Of a DNA stretch of 64,000 nucleotides, positions 19,030 to 29,591 are shown one piece after another (the first letter of the stretch is position 1; each line of letters opens with the position of its first letter). A program made the position numbers and the translations under genes. Source of the DNA: an uncultured Chlamydiales bacterium (GTDB taxonomy: Bacteria > Chlamydiota > Chlamydiia > Chlamydiales > Rhabdochlamydiaceae); NCBI GenBank assembly GCA_963700985.1, contig OY969554.1, positions 928,001 through 992,000 of the forward strand, read 5' to 3'. Under the pieces are notes generated by a model. The model had not been told where the DNA came from and did not search any database. It saw only the letters and a program-made list of their open reading frames with translations.

Positions 19030-20460
19030 ATGACAACACAATTTTTCGAGCTCTCGGCTATCTTCCTTTACCTGTGCGTACTTTTAGCCATTGGCTTTCT
19101 ATCCTATCGTAAACAGCAATCTGCGGCAGATTTTATTATTGGCAGCCGCTCGCTAAATTGCTGGCTAACAGCTCTTGCAGCGCATGCAAGTGATATGAGC
19201 AGCTGGATGTTTATGGGCTACCCTGCAGCGGTGTTTTTGAGCGGTTATATCAGCGCATGGACGGCAGTGGGCCTGATTGTCTTCATGTTTTTGAACTGGC
19301 AGTTGGTTGCGCCTAAAATTCGCGTCGCAACTGAAAAATACAACAGCCTAACCTTCTCTTCTTTCTTTGAAAGTCGGCTTGCCGATACTTCGGGAATGAT
19401 CCGTCTTTTTACGGCTGTGATGTCGCTCTTTTTCTACACGATTTATATCTCAGCGGGTTTTGTGGGGCTGGGAATTTTAATCCAAACGCTCTTCGGCATC
19501 CCTTATGAAATAGGCATCGTGCTTGGAATTCTGATCGTTGTGCCTTACGTCTTCATCGGAGGTTATGTCACTCTTGCCTGGCTGGATCTATTCCAGGGGT
19601 TATTTTTGATGCTGGTAATTCTGTTTGTGCCCTTTTATCTTTTACCTAAGGTTGGTGGCTACGAAGCTATCTCCCAAACAATTACGGCCAAGGGTCTGGT
19701 GAATACGATGTTTCCAGATTTTTCGGTTAAGGGATATCTGGAGATTCTCTTCATGATTGGAGGCTTTGGCTTGGGGTATTTTGGTCAGCCACATATTGTA
19801 ACCAAGTTCATGGGTATTAAGCATGTCGATGAGATGTCCAAATCAAAATATATCGGCATGAGCTGGATGACTATTTCACTTGCTGCGGCAACTTTTGTGG
19901 GATTAGTCGCTATCGCCTATTTCAAAGATGGGATTAACGACCCCGAACAAGCATTCATCTTAATGGTAAGCCAGAGTTTTCATCCGATGCTTGTGGGCCT
20001 TTTCCTCTGCGCAATTTTAGCCGCAACAATTAATGCCACTAGCTCTCAAGTGCTTGTGCTTAGCTCCACGCTAACTGAAGATTTTTACAAGCGGATGTTC
20101 CGCAAGACGGCTTCTTCAAAAGAATTGCTTCTGGTATCGCGCCTGGGTGTCATTTTCGTAGCCATCCTTTCTTTTCTGATCGCATTTGCTAAAGTGAGCT
20201 CGATTTACGCACTGGTGCAATATGCTTGGTCTGGTTTAGGCGCCTCTTTTGGACCTTTGCTTCTGCTCTGCCTCTATTCGAAAAAAGTGACTAAGGAGGG
20301 TGCTTGGGCAGGAATTCTTCTCGGGGGCTTAATCTCTGCGATCTGGCCCTCTTTCTCCACCATTCCTCCGCTTATTCCAGGTTTCTTTGGAAGTCTCTTT
20401 GTAATTTTGATTGTGTCGAGCTTTACGTCAAAAGAATCCCAGTCAAAAATTAAAAAATAA
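19030..20460 (+). CDS. putP: Sodium/proline symporter
   Basis: ASDMSSW, GLGYFGQPHI, AWSGLGASFGP. Confidence 0.9.
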   Translation: MTTQFFELSAIFLYLCVLLAIGFLSYRKQQSAADFIIGSRSLNCWLTALAAHASDMSSWMFMGYPAAVFLSGYISAWTAVGLIVFMFLNWQLVAPKIRVATEKYNSLTFSSFFESRLADTSGMIRLFTAVMSLFFYTIYISAGFVGLGILIQTLFGIPYEIGIVLGILIVVPYVFIGGYVTLAWLDLFQGLFLMLVILFVPFYLLPKVGGYEAISQTITAKGLVNTMFPDFSVKGYLEILFMIGGFGLGYFGQPHIVTKFMGIKHVDEMSKSKYIGMSWMTISLAAATFVGLVAIAYFKDGINDPEQAFILMVSQSFHPMLVGLFLCAILAATINATSSQVLVLSSTLTEDFYKRMFRKTASSKELLLVSRLGVIFVAILSFLIAFAKVSSIYALVQYAWSGLGASFGPLLLLCLYSKKVTKEGAWAGILLGGLISAIWPSFSTIPPLIPGFFGSLFVILIVSSFTSKESQSKIKK

Positions 20461-20520
20461 TTTATGGTGAGAAGTTATAAAGCTCTCGCTATAGTTTCTT
20501 AAAATTTTAGGATCATAATC

Positions 20521-21333
20521 ATGCAAAAAAAACTACGCATCTTGATCACCAATGACGACGGCATCGACGCACCAGGGATTAAACACCTTTGGGCTGCTCT
20601 GGTTGATCATTTCGAAGTATTCGTTGTGGCGCCAAGTTCAGAAAAATCTGGAACGGGCCTGGGTATCACCATGAGAGATCCTCTTCATATTCAAGAAGTA
20701 AACTGGGGCGATAAAACTCGCGCATGGAAGATCTCTGGAACTCCAGCTGATTGCGTACGCATCGGCATGAGTTTACTTTTAGAGGGACGTCCTGACCTGA
20801 TCGTTTCAGGAATCAATCGCGGCTCAAACTCTGGAAGAAACGTGCTTTATAGCGGAACTGTCGGCGGTGCAATTGAAGGCGTACTCAGAAATGTTCCAAG
20901 CGTGGCTTTTTCTTGTGAAGAATATTACAATCCAGACTTCGCCTTAGCGCAGAAGTATGTTTTGCCGATTGTCAATTACCTGCTGGCACACGCTTTACCT
21001 CCCGGCACATTGTTAAATGTCAACTTCCCTACTTCCTCCGACATTCGCGGAGTGAAGCTCGCAAGTCAAGGACGTGGTTTTTGGATCGAAAATCCAGAAC
21101 AAAGAATGCACCCTGAAGGCACACCTTATTGCTGGTTAGGTGGAAAATGGCACCATCAAAATGAAGAAGATCACAGCGATGTTGCACTCTTAAAACGTGG
21201 CTACGTAGCTGCTGTTCCTATTCATGTGCATGAACTAACAGATCAGCTGGCGCTAAATGCGCATCGTGAGCAATTTGAAAAGAAAATGCTCTCTTCTCAC
21301 GACATGCTTGCAACAGCCGATAAGAGCTCTTAG
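20521..21333 (+). CDS. surE: 5'/3'-nucleotidase SurE
   Basis: ITNDDGIDAPG, GTPADC, SGINRG, YSGTVG. Confidence 0.95.
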   Translation: MQKKLRILITNDDGIDAPGIKHLWAALVDHFEVFVVAPSSEKSGTGLGITMRDPLHIQEVNWGDKTRAWKISGTPADCVRIGMSLLLEGRPDLIVSGINRGSNSGRNVLYSGTVGGAIEGVLRNVPSVAFSCEEYYNPDFALAQKYVLPIVNYLLAHALPPGTLLNVNFPTSSDIRGVKLASQGRGFWIENPEQRMHPEGTPYCWLGGKWHHQNEEDHSDVALLKRGYVAAVPIHVHELTDQLALNAHREQFEKKMLSSHDMLATADKSS

Positions 21334-21746
21334 TTTGAAGTTGTCTTAGCTTGTTTCTTGCGAATTTCACGTTCAAAGGAATCGAGGCGGATGAGAGCTT
21401 CTCTTTGAGCTTTTTCTATGAGATCTCTTCCCCCTTCTAATTTGCATAGCCTGGCTAGTTCATCTTTGAGCCCATCTGCATACTCGTGTTCATAGTAAGC
21501 GGGGTCGATGCCCTCTTGCTCAGGGTGCGCCAACTGAAACTCTTTGGCTTCGATGATCAGATTGATGAGGGCGCTAAACAGCTTTTTTAATTCGGGCAGG
21601 TTTGCGGCAAGCTCATCACGGGTATGGATCTTCTGCAAATCTAGCGCTATGGTGCGACAAAGCGCTTCGCCTTGATATTGGTAATCTTCAAGCGAATTAG
21701 GCGAGCAGCCGAATAGAAATAGAAGCGGTAAAAATAGATAAATCAT
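21330..21746 (-). CDS. Hypothetical lipoprotein
   Basis: Lipobox LFGC after a hydrophobic N-terminus. Confidence 0.75.
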   Translation of the reverse strand: MIYLFLPLLFLFGCSPNSLEDYQYQGEALCRTIALDLQKIHTRDELAANLPELKKLFSALINLIIEAKEFQLAHPEQEGIDPAYYEHEYADGLKDELARLCKLEGGRDLIEKAQREALIRLDSFEREIRKKQAKTTSN

Positions 21747-21841
21747 TTTTTTGTGGCGAGTTCCTGAGAAGCTGTCTTAGCCCTCCAACCTAATTAACCC
21801 TCGGGAAAAAGTCAAAAACTTCAAGGAAATGTAGAGAAGTG

Positions 21842-21870
21842 TTGAGTAAAATTGCTCCGCGCATTAGATT
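21842..21870 (+). promoter_or_regulatory. Putative sigma66/70 promoter for tRNA-Val/Asp
   Basis: TTGAGT-N17-TAGATT, 16 bp upstream of the tRNA. Confidence 0.4.
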
Positions 21871-21886
21871 GTAAGGTCTTTATTTT

Positions 21887-21959
21887 GGGCGCATAGCTCA
21901 GTTGGTAGAGCGCCTGTCTTACACACAGGTGGTCATAGGTTCGAGTCCTGTTGCGCCCA
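21887..21959 (+). tRNA. tRNA-Val(TAC)
   Basis: CCTGT-CT-TAC-AC-ACAGG anticodon arm; full cloverleaf. Confidence 0.95.
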
Positions 21960-21971
21960 TTTCGATTTTCT

Positions 21972-22045
21972 GCGGGAGTAGTTCAATTGGTTAGAGCACC
22001 GCCCTGTCACGGCGGAAGTTGCGGGTTCGAGCCCCGTCTCCCGCG
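21972..22045 (+). tRNA. tRNA-Asp(GTC)
   Basis: CCGCC-CT-GTC-AC-GGCGG anticodon arm; full cloverleaf. Confidence 0.95.
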
Positions 22046-22155
22046 CTCTTTTTGGTAAGTAGCCCAAATTACCTAAAGAGCGTCACATTTTTTCTGTACA
22101 TCCATACCCTCCATCCGTATCTTAGAGTGTGTAAAGCCAAGGAATTTTTTAATCT

Positions 22156-23064
22156 ATGCCCATGCTTCGCGCAAAGACCCGCACGACCATTCACCATGTC
22201 ATGTCCTTCTTTTGGATCATGATCGGGGCTGGCCTTGCCGCAGTATCTATCCGCATCTTCCTGCTTCCGAATCAGCTGATTGACGGCGGAATTGTGGGCG
22301 TGGCTCTAATTCTAGCTCGCCTCTTTGGCGATAACTATCTCTCCTACTTCCTGATCCTGCTGAACATTCCGTTTCTGCATTTGGCCTATACATATATCCG
22401 TCGCACCTTTGTGATTCACATGGGAGCGGCCGTCGTCGTATTTGCCGGCTTTCTTTGGGCTTTAGAATATGCGCCTCACTTCATTGGCGATCCGCTCGAA
22501 GTAATCGTGATCGGCGGCGCAATTTTGGGGATTGGCGTGGGTTTAATTATCCGTCATGGCGGCTGCCTAGATGGCACTGAAATCCTGGCGATCTTGATCA
22601 ATCGCCGCAAAGGGTTTACCGTCGGACAAGTCGTGCTCTTTATCAACGTCTTCATCTTTGGCGCTTACGGCTGGATTTTTCAGGATTGGCACATTGCAAT
22701 TCGCTCGCTTATTACCTACATCGTTGCGTTTAAAATGATCGACCTCGTAATCGTGGGTCTAGATGAACTTAAGTCTGTGTTAATCATCTCCTCCAAGCCA
22801 AAAGAGCTGGGTGAAGTGATCATGAAAGAGTTGGGCTTAGGGCTGACTATCATGCATGGACGCGGCGGGTTTTCTGGCGAGTCACGCGAAATCCTGTTCA
22901 TCATTGTCGAACGTCTAGATCTAGCCGAGCTCAAAGAGATTATCTTAAGAGAAGATCCTGCAGCCTTTATGGCTATCGAGAATCTGCATGAGGTGGTTTA
23001 CGGAAAACAGGCTTACGTGCCCTATAAGAAAAAGGGTCGCAGTAAGCTCTTTTCAAAATCCTAA
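22156..23064 (+). CDS. YitT family membrane protein
   Basis: LIDGGIVG, GGCLDGTEILA, C-terminal DPAAF domain. Confidence 0.9.
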   Translation: MPMLRAKTRTTIHHVMSFFWIMIGAGLAAVSIRIFLLPNQLIDGGIVGVALILARLFGDNYLSYFLILLNIPFLHLAYTYIRRTFVIHMGAAVVVFAGFLWALEYAPHFIGDPLEVIVIGGAILGIGVGLIIRHGGCLDGTEILAILINRRKGFTVGQVVLFINVFIFGAYGWIFQDWHIAIRSLITYIVAFKMIDLVIVGLDELKSVLIISSKPKELGEVIMKELGLGLTIMHGRGGFSGESREILFIIVERLDLAELKEIILREDPAAFMAIENLHEVVYGKQAYVPYKKKGRSKLFSKS

Positions 23065-23078
23065 GCGGGAGATAGGCA

Positions 23079-23777
23079 ATGCAAAGAACCCCTCATAATG
23101 GCGATCTTTGCCCTCTTCCTCCTACACAACACATGATCGACGCCTGGCGCGTTTTTCGCATTCTCTCAGAGTTCGTAGAAGGCTTTGAATCGATGATCTC
23201 GATTGGACCATCTGTCTCCTTTTTCGGCTCTAACCAAACTAACACTTCAGATCCCTACTATAAACTTGCAGCCACCTTAGCCGGCAAAATTGCTAAAAAA
23301 GGTTTCGCGGTGATCACTGGTGGAGCCTCAGGAATCATGCAAGCAGCTAACGAAGGCGCAAGATCAGTCGATGGTCGCTCATGCGGCTTATGTATTGACC
23401 TTCCTACAGAAGAAGAGCCAAACCCCTATATCGATCGCCGATACCTGCTGCGCTTTCGCTACTTCTTTGTACGCAAGGTAATGTTTGTACGCTATGCACA
23501 GGCCTTTGTCGTCTTTCCAGGTGGGTTTGGCACACTCGATGAGCTATTTGAAGCACTTACCCTGATGCAAACAGAGAGAATCAGGCCCTTTCCTGTTTTT
23601 TTAGTAGGTAAGGAGTACTGGTCTGGTCTCTTAGACTGGCTAAACAATACGGTTGTAAAAGCAGGCAATCTCACTTCTGATGATATGAAACTCATCACGG
23701 TGACCGACGATCTTGATGAGATTGTGAGCGAAATCGAATCGCATTTCCAAAAATCTGCACGCGTCGAAAACTTCTAA
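23079..23777 (+). CDS. LOG family (TIGR00730-type) Rossmann-fold protein
   Basis: ITGGASGIM, YFFVRKVMF, PGGFGTLDE. Confidence 0.92.
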   Translation: MQRTPHNGDLCPLPPTQHMIDAWRVFRILSEFVEGFESMISIGPSVSFFGSNQTNTSDPYYKLAATLAGKIAKKGFAVITGGASGIMQAANEGARSVDGRSCGLCIDLPTEEEPNPYIDRRYLLRFRYFFVRKVMFVRYAQAFVVFPGGFGTLDELFEALTLMQTERIRPFPVFLVGKEYWSGLLDWLNNTVVKAGNLTSDDMKLITVTDDLDEIVSEIESHFQKSARVENF

Positions 23778-23798
23778 AAAGCTTTACTTTCCTTAAAT

Positions 23799-23831
23799 AA
23801 AAAAGCCCAGGTCTTGAGACCTGGGCTTTGT
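23799..23831. terminator. Bidirectional intrinsic terminator
   Basis: AAAGCCCAGGTC-ttga-GACCTGGGCTTT between convergent genes. Confidence 0.85.
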
Positions 23832-23883
23832 TGAAGAATGAGAGATCAGGTTTTTCTTTATCCTGATTTTTTCATCCTTTGCC

Positions 23884-24921
23884 TTAGTAGTCGAAGCGTG
23901 CGTGCACGGTCAAGCCATGGAGCACGAGATCACCCTGTGGGAATAGATTAATTTGAGAGGGAGCTTCGAACTGATTCCACCAATATTGCGCTTCATATGC
24001 CGCGCCAAGATTGATGTAGCGATTCTTGCAAAAGCAAGTTCCCCAATCAAACCCTAACTGCAATTGCATATTTGGACGGACGCGGTGCTTATCAGCATTC
24101 AAATTGACAAGCACTAAACTACCGGTGTCATTCAAATTATACGTTCTTGAATAAGCATCTCTTTTTCCATAGAGCAACGCAGCATTAAGGCTGCCAAATA
24201 CTGCCCATCTTGAACCATAGCGTGTGCTGATTCCAAAACGAGGTCCAATCGCGAAAAAGTCGCTTCGCTGTTTGGCTCTAGTTACTTGTGAAGGATCAGT
24301 TAATACACCTGAATATGTAGTAACCACGTCTTGATCGATGCAAGCACCACGTAGACCAACTTGAGGTCTGATGCTAAGCTTGCGGCTAAGAAATAGGCTA
24401 CGACCGAACTCAAGATCTACTGTGTTGTATTTAAACTTGAATCGCGCTTGCGCTTCTGTAGCTGTTGCACCTGACGTTAAGTTCTCAAATGCGTTTATAA
24501 TGCCATCTGATGAGCCGGTTCTTGTGGTCTTTTTTGAATGGAGCCATGTCCAGTTTACATAGAGATCCCATCCATCATAAGGCAAGTTATAGCCAAGGCC
24601 TACTTTAAAGCCGGGGCGGAAACGGAAGTGAGGTTGCTCAATTCTTTGACTTTCTTTAATCGTGCCATCTGAAGATGTGCGTATTTTTTGCTTAATACCA
24701 TAGTCGATCTGATCATCAGTGACTTGCCAGTAGATAAAATCAGCCGTTACAAAAGGTCCATGCACTCTATGTGCACAGCCACGCGCTGTTGGTGTGATTA
24801 CTGGTTGCTCTTCTTGCGAAGAGTGTTTGTTTGAATTTCCATCTGCCCAGCTAGCAACTGGCAAACCGAGAAAAGCGAGAATATAAGCTGCAGATTTAAT
24901 CAAGTTCCGTTGTGAATCCAT
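23884..24921 (-). CDS. Lpg1974/MOMP-like outer membrane porin
   Basis: ADFIYWQ, PGFKVGLG, IRPQVGLRGA, C-terminal ARFDY; paralog of 11626-12711. Confidence 0.85.
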   Translation of the reverse strand: MDSQRNLIKSAAYILAFLGLPVASWADGNSNKHSSQEEQPVITPTARGCAHRVHGPFVTADFIYWQVTDDQIDYGIKQKIRTSSDGTIKESQRIEQPHFRFRPGFKVGLGYNLPYDGWDLYVNWTWLHSKKTTRTGSSDGIINAFENLTSGATATEAQARFKFKYNTVDLEFGRSLFLSRKLSIRPQVGLRGACIDQDVVTTYSGVLTDPSQVTRAKQRSDFFAIGPRFGISTRYGSRWAVFGSLNAALLYGKRDAYSRTYNLNDTGSLVLVNLNADKHRVRPNMQLQLGFDWGTCFCKNRYINLGAAYEAQYWWNQFEAPSQINLFPQGDLVLHGLTVHARFDY

Positions 24922-24999
24922 TATGTATCTCCTTGCAAGTTACAAATTCTGTAAATTTTTAATAGTCGTGCAATACAGGATTTTTTTACAAGAAAAAGA

Positions 25000-25893
25000 T
25001 TATGAAAATCTTTGCGATAAATATGAAGTTTGCTGTGAAACTTGATTGAGATAATCGCCATATTCGCTGGCGGAAAACTTTTTCGCGAGCTGCTTTAGAT
25101 CGTCTCCAGAGATATATCCCATTTGGTGAGCGATCTCTTCTATACATGCGATCTTAATTCCTTGGCGCTCTTGAATGGTCTGTACATACGCTGCTGCTTT
25201 TTGCAATGCATCCGGCGTACCTGTGTCCAACCAAGCGAAGCCCCGACCTAAAACACGCAGATGGAGTGATCCTCTTTTAAGATAGGCAAGATTGATATCG
25301 GTGATCTCAAGTTCTCCTCGCAAAGAAGGCTTGAGCTGTTTGGCAATCTCTATTACATCATTATCGTAAAAATAGAGACCGGTTACGGCATATTTTGAGC
25401 GTGCTACTTTGGGCTTCTCTTCGATCTGAGTAACGCGAAATTTCTCGTCAAATTCCACCACGCCATAACGCTCAGGATCTTTCACTTCATATCCAAAAAT
25501 AACAGCGCCAACTTCTAATTGACTACTGAGTTGAACAAGCGTTGGCAAATCATGGCCGTAAAAAATATTATCGCCCAAAACTAATGCCACACTGTCATCA
25601 CCGATAAAAGAAGCTCCAACAAGAAAGGCCTGCGCGATACCTTGTGGCTCGGGTTGTTCAGCATAAGAGATCTGTAATCCAAGATGAGAACCATCGCCAA
25701 AAAGTTGTTCAAAGCGCGGGAGGTCAATTGGAGTGGAAATGATGAGAATTTCTCGAATACCCGCTTGCATAAGAACCGAGAGAGGATAGTAAATAAGAGG
25801 CTTATCAAAGACGGGTAGAAGCTGTTTGCACGTTGAAAGAGTCAGCGGATAAAGCCGAGTGCCTTTCCCACCTGCCAGGATAATTCCTTTCAT
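25000..25893 (-). CDS. rfbA: Glucose-1-phosphate thymidylyltransferase
   Basis: [28 protein letters not shown]. Confidence 0.97.
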   Translation of the reverse strand: MKGIILAGGKGTRLYPLTLSTCKQLLPVFDKPLIYYPLSVLMQAGIREILIISTPIDLPRFEQLFGDGSHLGLQISYAEQPEPQGIAQAFLVGASFIGDDSVALVLGDNIFYGHDLPTLVQLSSQLEVGAVIFGYEVKDPERYGVVEFDEKFRVTQIEEKPKVARSKYAVTGLYFYDNDVIEIAKQLKPSLRGELEITDINLAYLKRGSLHLRVLGRGFAWLDTGTPDALQKAAAYVQTIQERQGIKIACIEEIAHQMGYISGDDLKQLAKKFSASEYGDYLNQVSQQTSYLSQRFS

Positions 25894-25917
25894 GGTTTTC
25901 TCTCGAGAAGCTAGTTT

Positions 25918-26496
25918 TTAAGCGTGCGGTAGATTTTCAACTAGAAGTGCGTATACTCCAGGAAGTCCGCGATAATGCTCTTTATAATCTAAACCATAGC
26001 CCACCACGAAACGATCTTCAATCTCAAACAGTACGTGATCTGGCCGATAGTCTGTTTTATGTGGCACCATCTTGGAAAGAAGGACGAGAGATTTTAAAGC
26101 TTTTGGCTGCTGCAGTTGCAAAAGCCTAATAGCTTCAGATAGAGTCGCACCAGAATCAAAGATATCATCGACCAGCAGGACATGCTTATCTTTGACATCG
26201 ATGTTTTCAAGACCTGAGAAAAAGAGTTCTCCGCGTTTCGTGCCTCCCTGACCATAGCTTGAACTTTGAATGAACTCGATCGAGCAAGGGATTTGTAAAT
26301 GGCGGATTAGATCAGCTACGAGGCAGAGCGCGCCTTTCATGATCATCACAATTGTAAGTTCTTGACCCTGGAAGTGCGCATCGAGCTCTTGGGCGACTTC
26401 TGTGATTTTATCCAGAATTGTCTGTTCAGAAATAAGAAGCTCTAGATGAGCAGAGTTCACTTTTCTAGTCTTTTTGAAGGGTAAAGTTGCATCCAT
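25918..26496 (-). CDS. hpt: Hypoxanthine phosphoribosyltransferase
   Basis: VLLVDDIFDSGATL, FVVGYGLDY. Confidence 0.92.
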   Translation of the reverse strand: MDATLPFKKTRKVNSAHLELLISEQTILDKITEVAQELDAHFQGQELTIVMIMKGALCLVADLIRHLQIPCSIEFIQSSSYGQGGTKRGELFFSGLENIDVKDKHVLLVDDIFDSGATLSEAIRLLQLQQPKALKSLVLLSKMVPHKTDYRPDHVLFEIEDRFVVGYGLDYKEHYRGLPGVYALLVENLPHA

Positions 26497-27832
26497 CTGA
26501 TATCATTTGGTCGATGTAGTTGATGAAGTAATCATGGCTTAAGAAGCGTTTATCTTCAAACATGAAAAGATGGAAAGGAATAGTTGAGTAGACGCCACCT
26601 ATGTGAAACTCTCTCAATGCACGCTTTGCAACGGCGATCGCCTCATTGCGATCTTTTCCCTTAACAATCAACTTTGCAATCATCGAATCATAGTTAGGCG
26701 GAATGCGATAGCCAGAATAGCAGGCGCTATCAATACGCACATGTGGCCCACCTGGGGGGATATAGTATTCTAAAAGACCAGGTGAAGGCGCAAAATTGCT
26801 AGCTGGATTTTCCGCATTGATGCGGCATTGAATTATGTGGCCAGTAAAAGTGATGTCTTTCTGCTTAAGTTTGAGTTTTTCACCCATAGCTACGCGGATC
26901 TGTTCGCGGATAAGATCCACACCCGTGAGCTCTTCGGTAACGGTGTGTTCCACCTGAATGCGCGTGTTGACTTCCATGAAATAGTAGTGGCCTTTCTCAT
27001 CTAGAAGAAACTCAACAGTGCCCACTGAGTGGTAATTTGCCGCTTTAGCAATTGCAACAGCCGATTCACCCATCTTTTTTCGAAGTGCTGCATTCACAAC
27101 CGGGCTTGGCGCTTCTTCGATAAGTTTCTGACGTCTACGTTGAATTGAACAGTCACGCTCACCTAAGTGAATAATATTTCCATGCTTATCTGCCAAAATC
27201 TGAACTTCGATGTGGCGTGGATTGACCACCATCTTTTCAAGATAGACATCTGGGTTATTGAAGCTGGCTTCTGCTTCTGTGCGAGCTGCCGCGAACTGAC
27301 GGATAAATTCATCAGCATCATGCGCAATACGGATGCCTTTACCGCCGCCGCCGGCTGTAGCTTTAATGAAAACAGGAAACCCAATTTTTTTAGCTTCTTT
27401 AAGCGCTTCTTGCACATCCTCGATGACCCCTTCAGACCCTGGGATAACCGGACACTTAACACTTTTAGCGGTAGCTTTAGCACGCGCCTTATCACCTAGA
27501 AGAGCGATGGATTGATGTGACGGACCAATAAAATTGAGGCCGCAGCTTTCACAGATAGAAGCGAAATTTGCATTTTCAGCTAAAAATCCATAGCCTGGGT
27601 GGATCGCATCTGCGCCCGTAACTTCAGCCGCGGAAAGGATGTTTGAGATTTTAAGATAGGATTTTTGCGAAGGGGGCTCACCGATACAGATCGCTTCATC
27701 AGCAAGTAGAACGTGCAGAGCTTCAGCGTCAGCCTGAGAATAAACCGCAACTGTCTGCAAACCTAGATCGTGACAGGCTCGGATAATCCGGACCGCGATT
27801 TCACCTCTATTTGCAATAAGAACTTTTTTCAT
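26465..27832 (-). CDS. accC: Acetyl-CoA carboxylase, biotin carboxylase subunit
   Basis: IANRGEIA, HPGYGFLAEN, EVNTRIQVEH. Confidence 0.98.
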   Translation of the reverse strand: MKKVLIANRGEIAVRIIRACHDLGLQTVAVYSQADAEALHVLLADEAICIGEPPSQKSYLKISNILSAAEVTGADAIHPGYGFLAENANFASICESCGLNFIGPSHQSIALLGDKARAKATAKSVKCPVIPGSEGVIEDVQEALKEAKKIGFPVFIKATAGGGGKGIRIAHDADEFIRQFAAARTEAEASFNNPDVYLEKMVVNPRHIEVQILADKHGNIIHLGERDCSIQRRRQKLIEEAPSPVVNAALRKKMGESAVAIAKAANYHSVGTVEFLLDEKGHYYFMEVNTRIQVEHTVTEELTGVDLIREQIRVAMGEKLKLKQKDITFTGHIIQCRINAENPASNFAPSPGLLEYYIPPGGPHVRIDSACYSGYRIPPNYDSMIAKLIVKGKDRNEAIAVAKRALREFHIGGVYSTIPFHLFMFEDKRFLSHDYFINYIDQMISDGCNFTLQKD

Positions 27833-27835
27833 AGT

Positions 27836-28339
27836 TTAGACAATTCGAAAGAGCTTTGTGGCAAATTCAACAGGATGGGCATTTTCCACAAGAACTTCAG
27901 CTAAAGTACCGCTTACGCCTGCTTTTACTTCATTCATAACTTTCATGGCTTCGATGATGCAAAGAACTGTATTCTCTTCGACACGATCGCCAATTTTAGC
28001 AAACGGTGGATCATCTGGAGATGGAGCATTATAAAAAGTTCCAACCATGGGAGACAAGACATGTTTGCCATCTTCTTTCTTAGGCGCAGGAGCCTCAGCG
28101 TGGCCTTCTTTAGCAGGAAGAGCAGATGGTCGCGGGTGATGATGCTCGCTTTCGCGGGGATGAAAATGCGCAGCAGAGTAGAAAGGAGAAGGCGGAGGCA
28201 AAGCAGAAGAATGAGCCATTCCAGGCTCATCATGACGCTCGAGCTGTAATTCGAAGCCGCTCTTTTCTTTGATGCTTAACTTTTTGAGACCGGCGCGCTC
28301 CATAGCGGCCATAAGTTCTTTGATCTGTTTTAATTCCAC
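27836..28339 (-). CDS. accB: Biotin carboxyl carrier protein
   Basis: SPMVGTFY and the EAMKVMN biotinylation motif. Confidence 0.98.
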   Translation of the reverse strand: MELKQIKELMAAMERAGLKKLSIKEKSGFELQLERHDEPGMAHSSALPPPSPFYSAAHFHPRESEHHHPRPSALPAKEGHAEAPAPKKEDGKHVLSPMVGTFYNAPSPDDPPFAKIGDRVEENTVLCIIEAMKVMNEVKAGVSGTLAEVLVENAHPVEFATKLFRIV

Positions 28340-28342
28340 AAC

Positions 28343-28933
28343 TTATACCCTCTGAATATATTCATTAGTGTGGCAATCAACTTTAATGATATCGCCTGTT
28401 TCGACAAACATTGGCACTTCGATTTTAGCGCCTGTTTCTAAAATAGCGGTCTTGGTCGCATTGGCCACAGAAGCAGCGGATTCGCTCGCCTCAGTTTTGA
28501 CAACCATGAGCTCCAAGAACTGCGGGAGTTCCACAGAGAAAATGGTATCACCATAAAACATCGCTTTTATCTCGGTTCCTTCTTTGAGAAAGTGAACCTT
28601 ATCGCCAATTACTGTGGCAGGAACAAGCACTTCCTCAAGATTACCGATATCTAGGAATAGATAATCTTTTCCTTCCATGTAAAGAAATTCAAGCCGGCGC
28701 TCGACGAGAGAAACCTCATCGACGGGCAGATTTAGCTTGAAGTTCTTCTCGATAACTTCATCGGAGATTAAGTTTTTAAGCTTAGTCTTAATGAAAGGTA
28801 CGCCTTTAGCGACCGTCACCTTAACAGCTGACTCGACACGATAAACCTTTCCATCAACGCTGAGAATCATCCCCGGCGTGATCTGGTTGCTGGTCGTGAC
28901 CCCTTTCTTTACTTCAGTGTTCACTGTTGACAT
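28343..28933 (-). CDS. efp: Elongation factor P family protein
   Basis: K.AILETGA.IEVPMFVETGD C-terminal motif; adjacent to accB as in Chlamydia. Confidence 0.9.
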   Translation of the reverse strand: MSTVNTEVKKGVTTSNQITPGMILSVDGKVYRVESAVKVTVAKGVPFIKTKLKNLISDEVIEKNFKLNLPVDEVSLVERRLEFLYMEGKDYLFLDIGNLEEVLVPATVIGDKVHFLKEGTEIKAMFYGDTIFSVELPQFLELMVVKTEASESAASVANATKTAILETGAKIEVPMFVETGDIIKVDCHTNEYIQRV

Positions 28934-29591
28934 GCTTAATAACGCCCTTCATCTCATTAAGTTGAAAGATAGTAAAATCTACAGCACTCTTCGGCTCGAC
29001 GCTGTTTAGCCCACGGCCATTTTTTAGATGCACTGTTTTAAAGCCTAGCTCCTTGGCGGGGACGAGGTCGATGTGAATGCGGTCACCGCAGACGATCACC
29101 TCAGGAGGAGAGAATCCCAGCTCTCGAGCAAACTTTTCGTAGTAAATTTTTTTGTTTCGGTCTTCCGAAACCGCAATTCTACTAAATAGTGTGAGATCAA
29201 TACCAGCTTTTTCCAGTTTTGCAAACTGTACTCCTGGGCAACCCATCGTTACCAATCCAAGTATATGCTTTTCTTTAAGATGCCTCAGAATTTCCATCGC
29301 ACCTTCAACCTGCTTAAGGGGCATCTGGATTAGAGGGTTCTCAGTCAGCGCTTTCATCCCAATTTCAAGAAATTTCTCGTCAGCCTGGTGAATCTCTAAA
29401 AATTCTATGAGCGTGTCCCGAGAAGTGAGCTTTGTTTGATCCAGCTGCTTGATCTGAGCAAGCGCTTCCTCTTTCTGAGCAAGCACCAACCCCTCTTCAC
29501 ACATACACTGAAGAGCCTCGGCCAACCTGATTGGCGTGATGCAGCCAGAAGTATCGACAAGGGTGTCGTCTAGATCAAAGATTATTAACAA
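28914..29591 (-). CDS. HAD family hydrolase
   Basis: FDLDDTL motif I, GDRIHID motif IV; TTG start. Confidence 0.9.
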   Translation of the reverse strand: MLIIFDLDDTLVDTSGCITPIRLAEALQCMCEEGLVLAQKEEALAQIKQLDQTKLTSRDTLIEFLEIHQADEKFLEIGMKALTENPLIQMPLKQVEGAMEILRHLKEKHILGLVTMGCPGVQFAKLEKAGIDLTLFSRIAVSEDRNKKIYYEKFARELGFSPPEVIVCGDRIHIDLVPAKELGFKTVHLKNGRGLNSVEPKSAVDFTIFQLNEMKGVIKHVNSEH

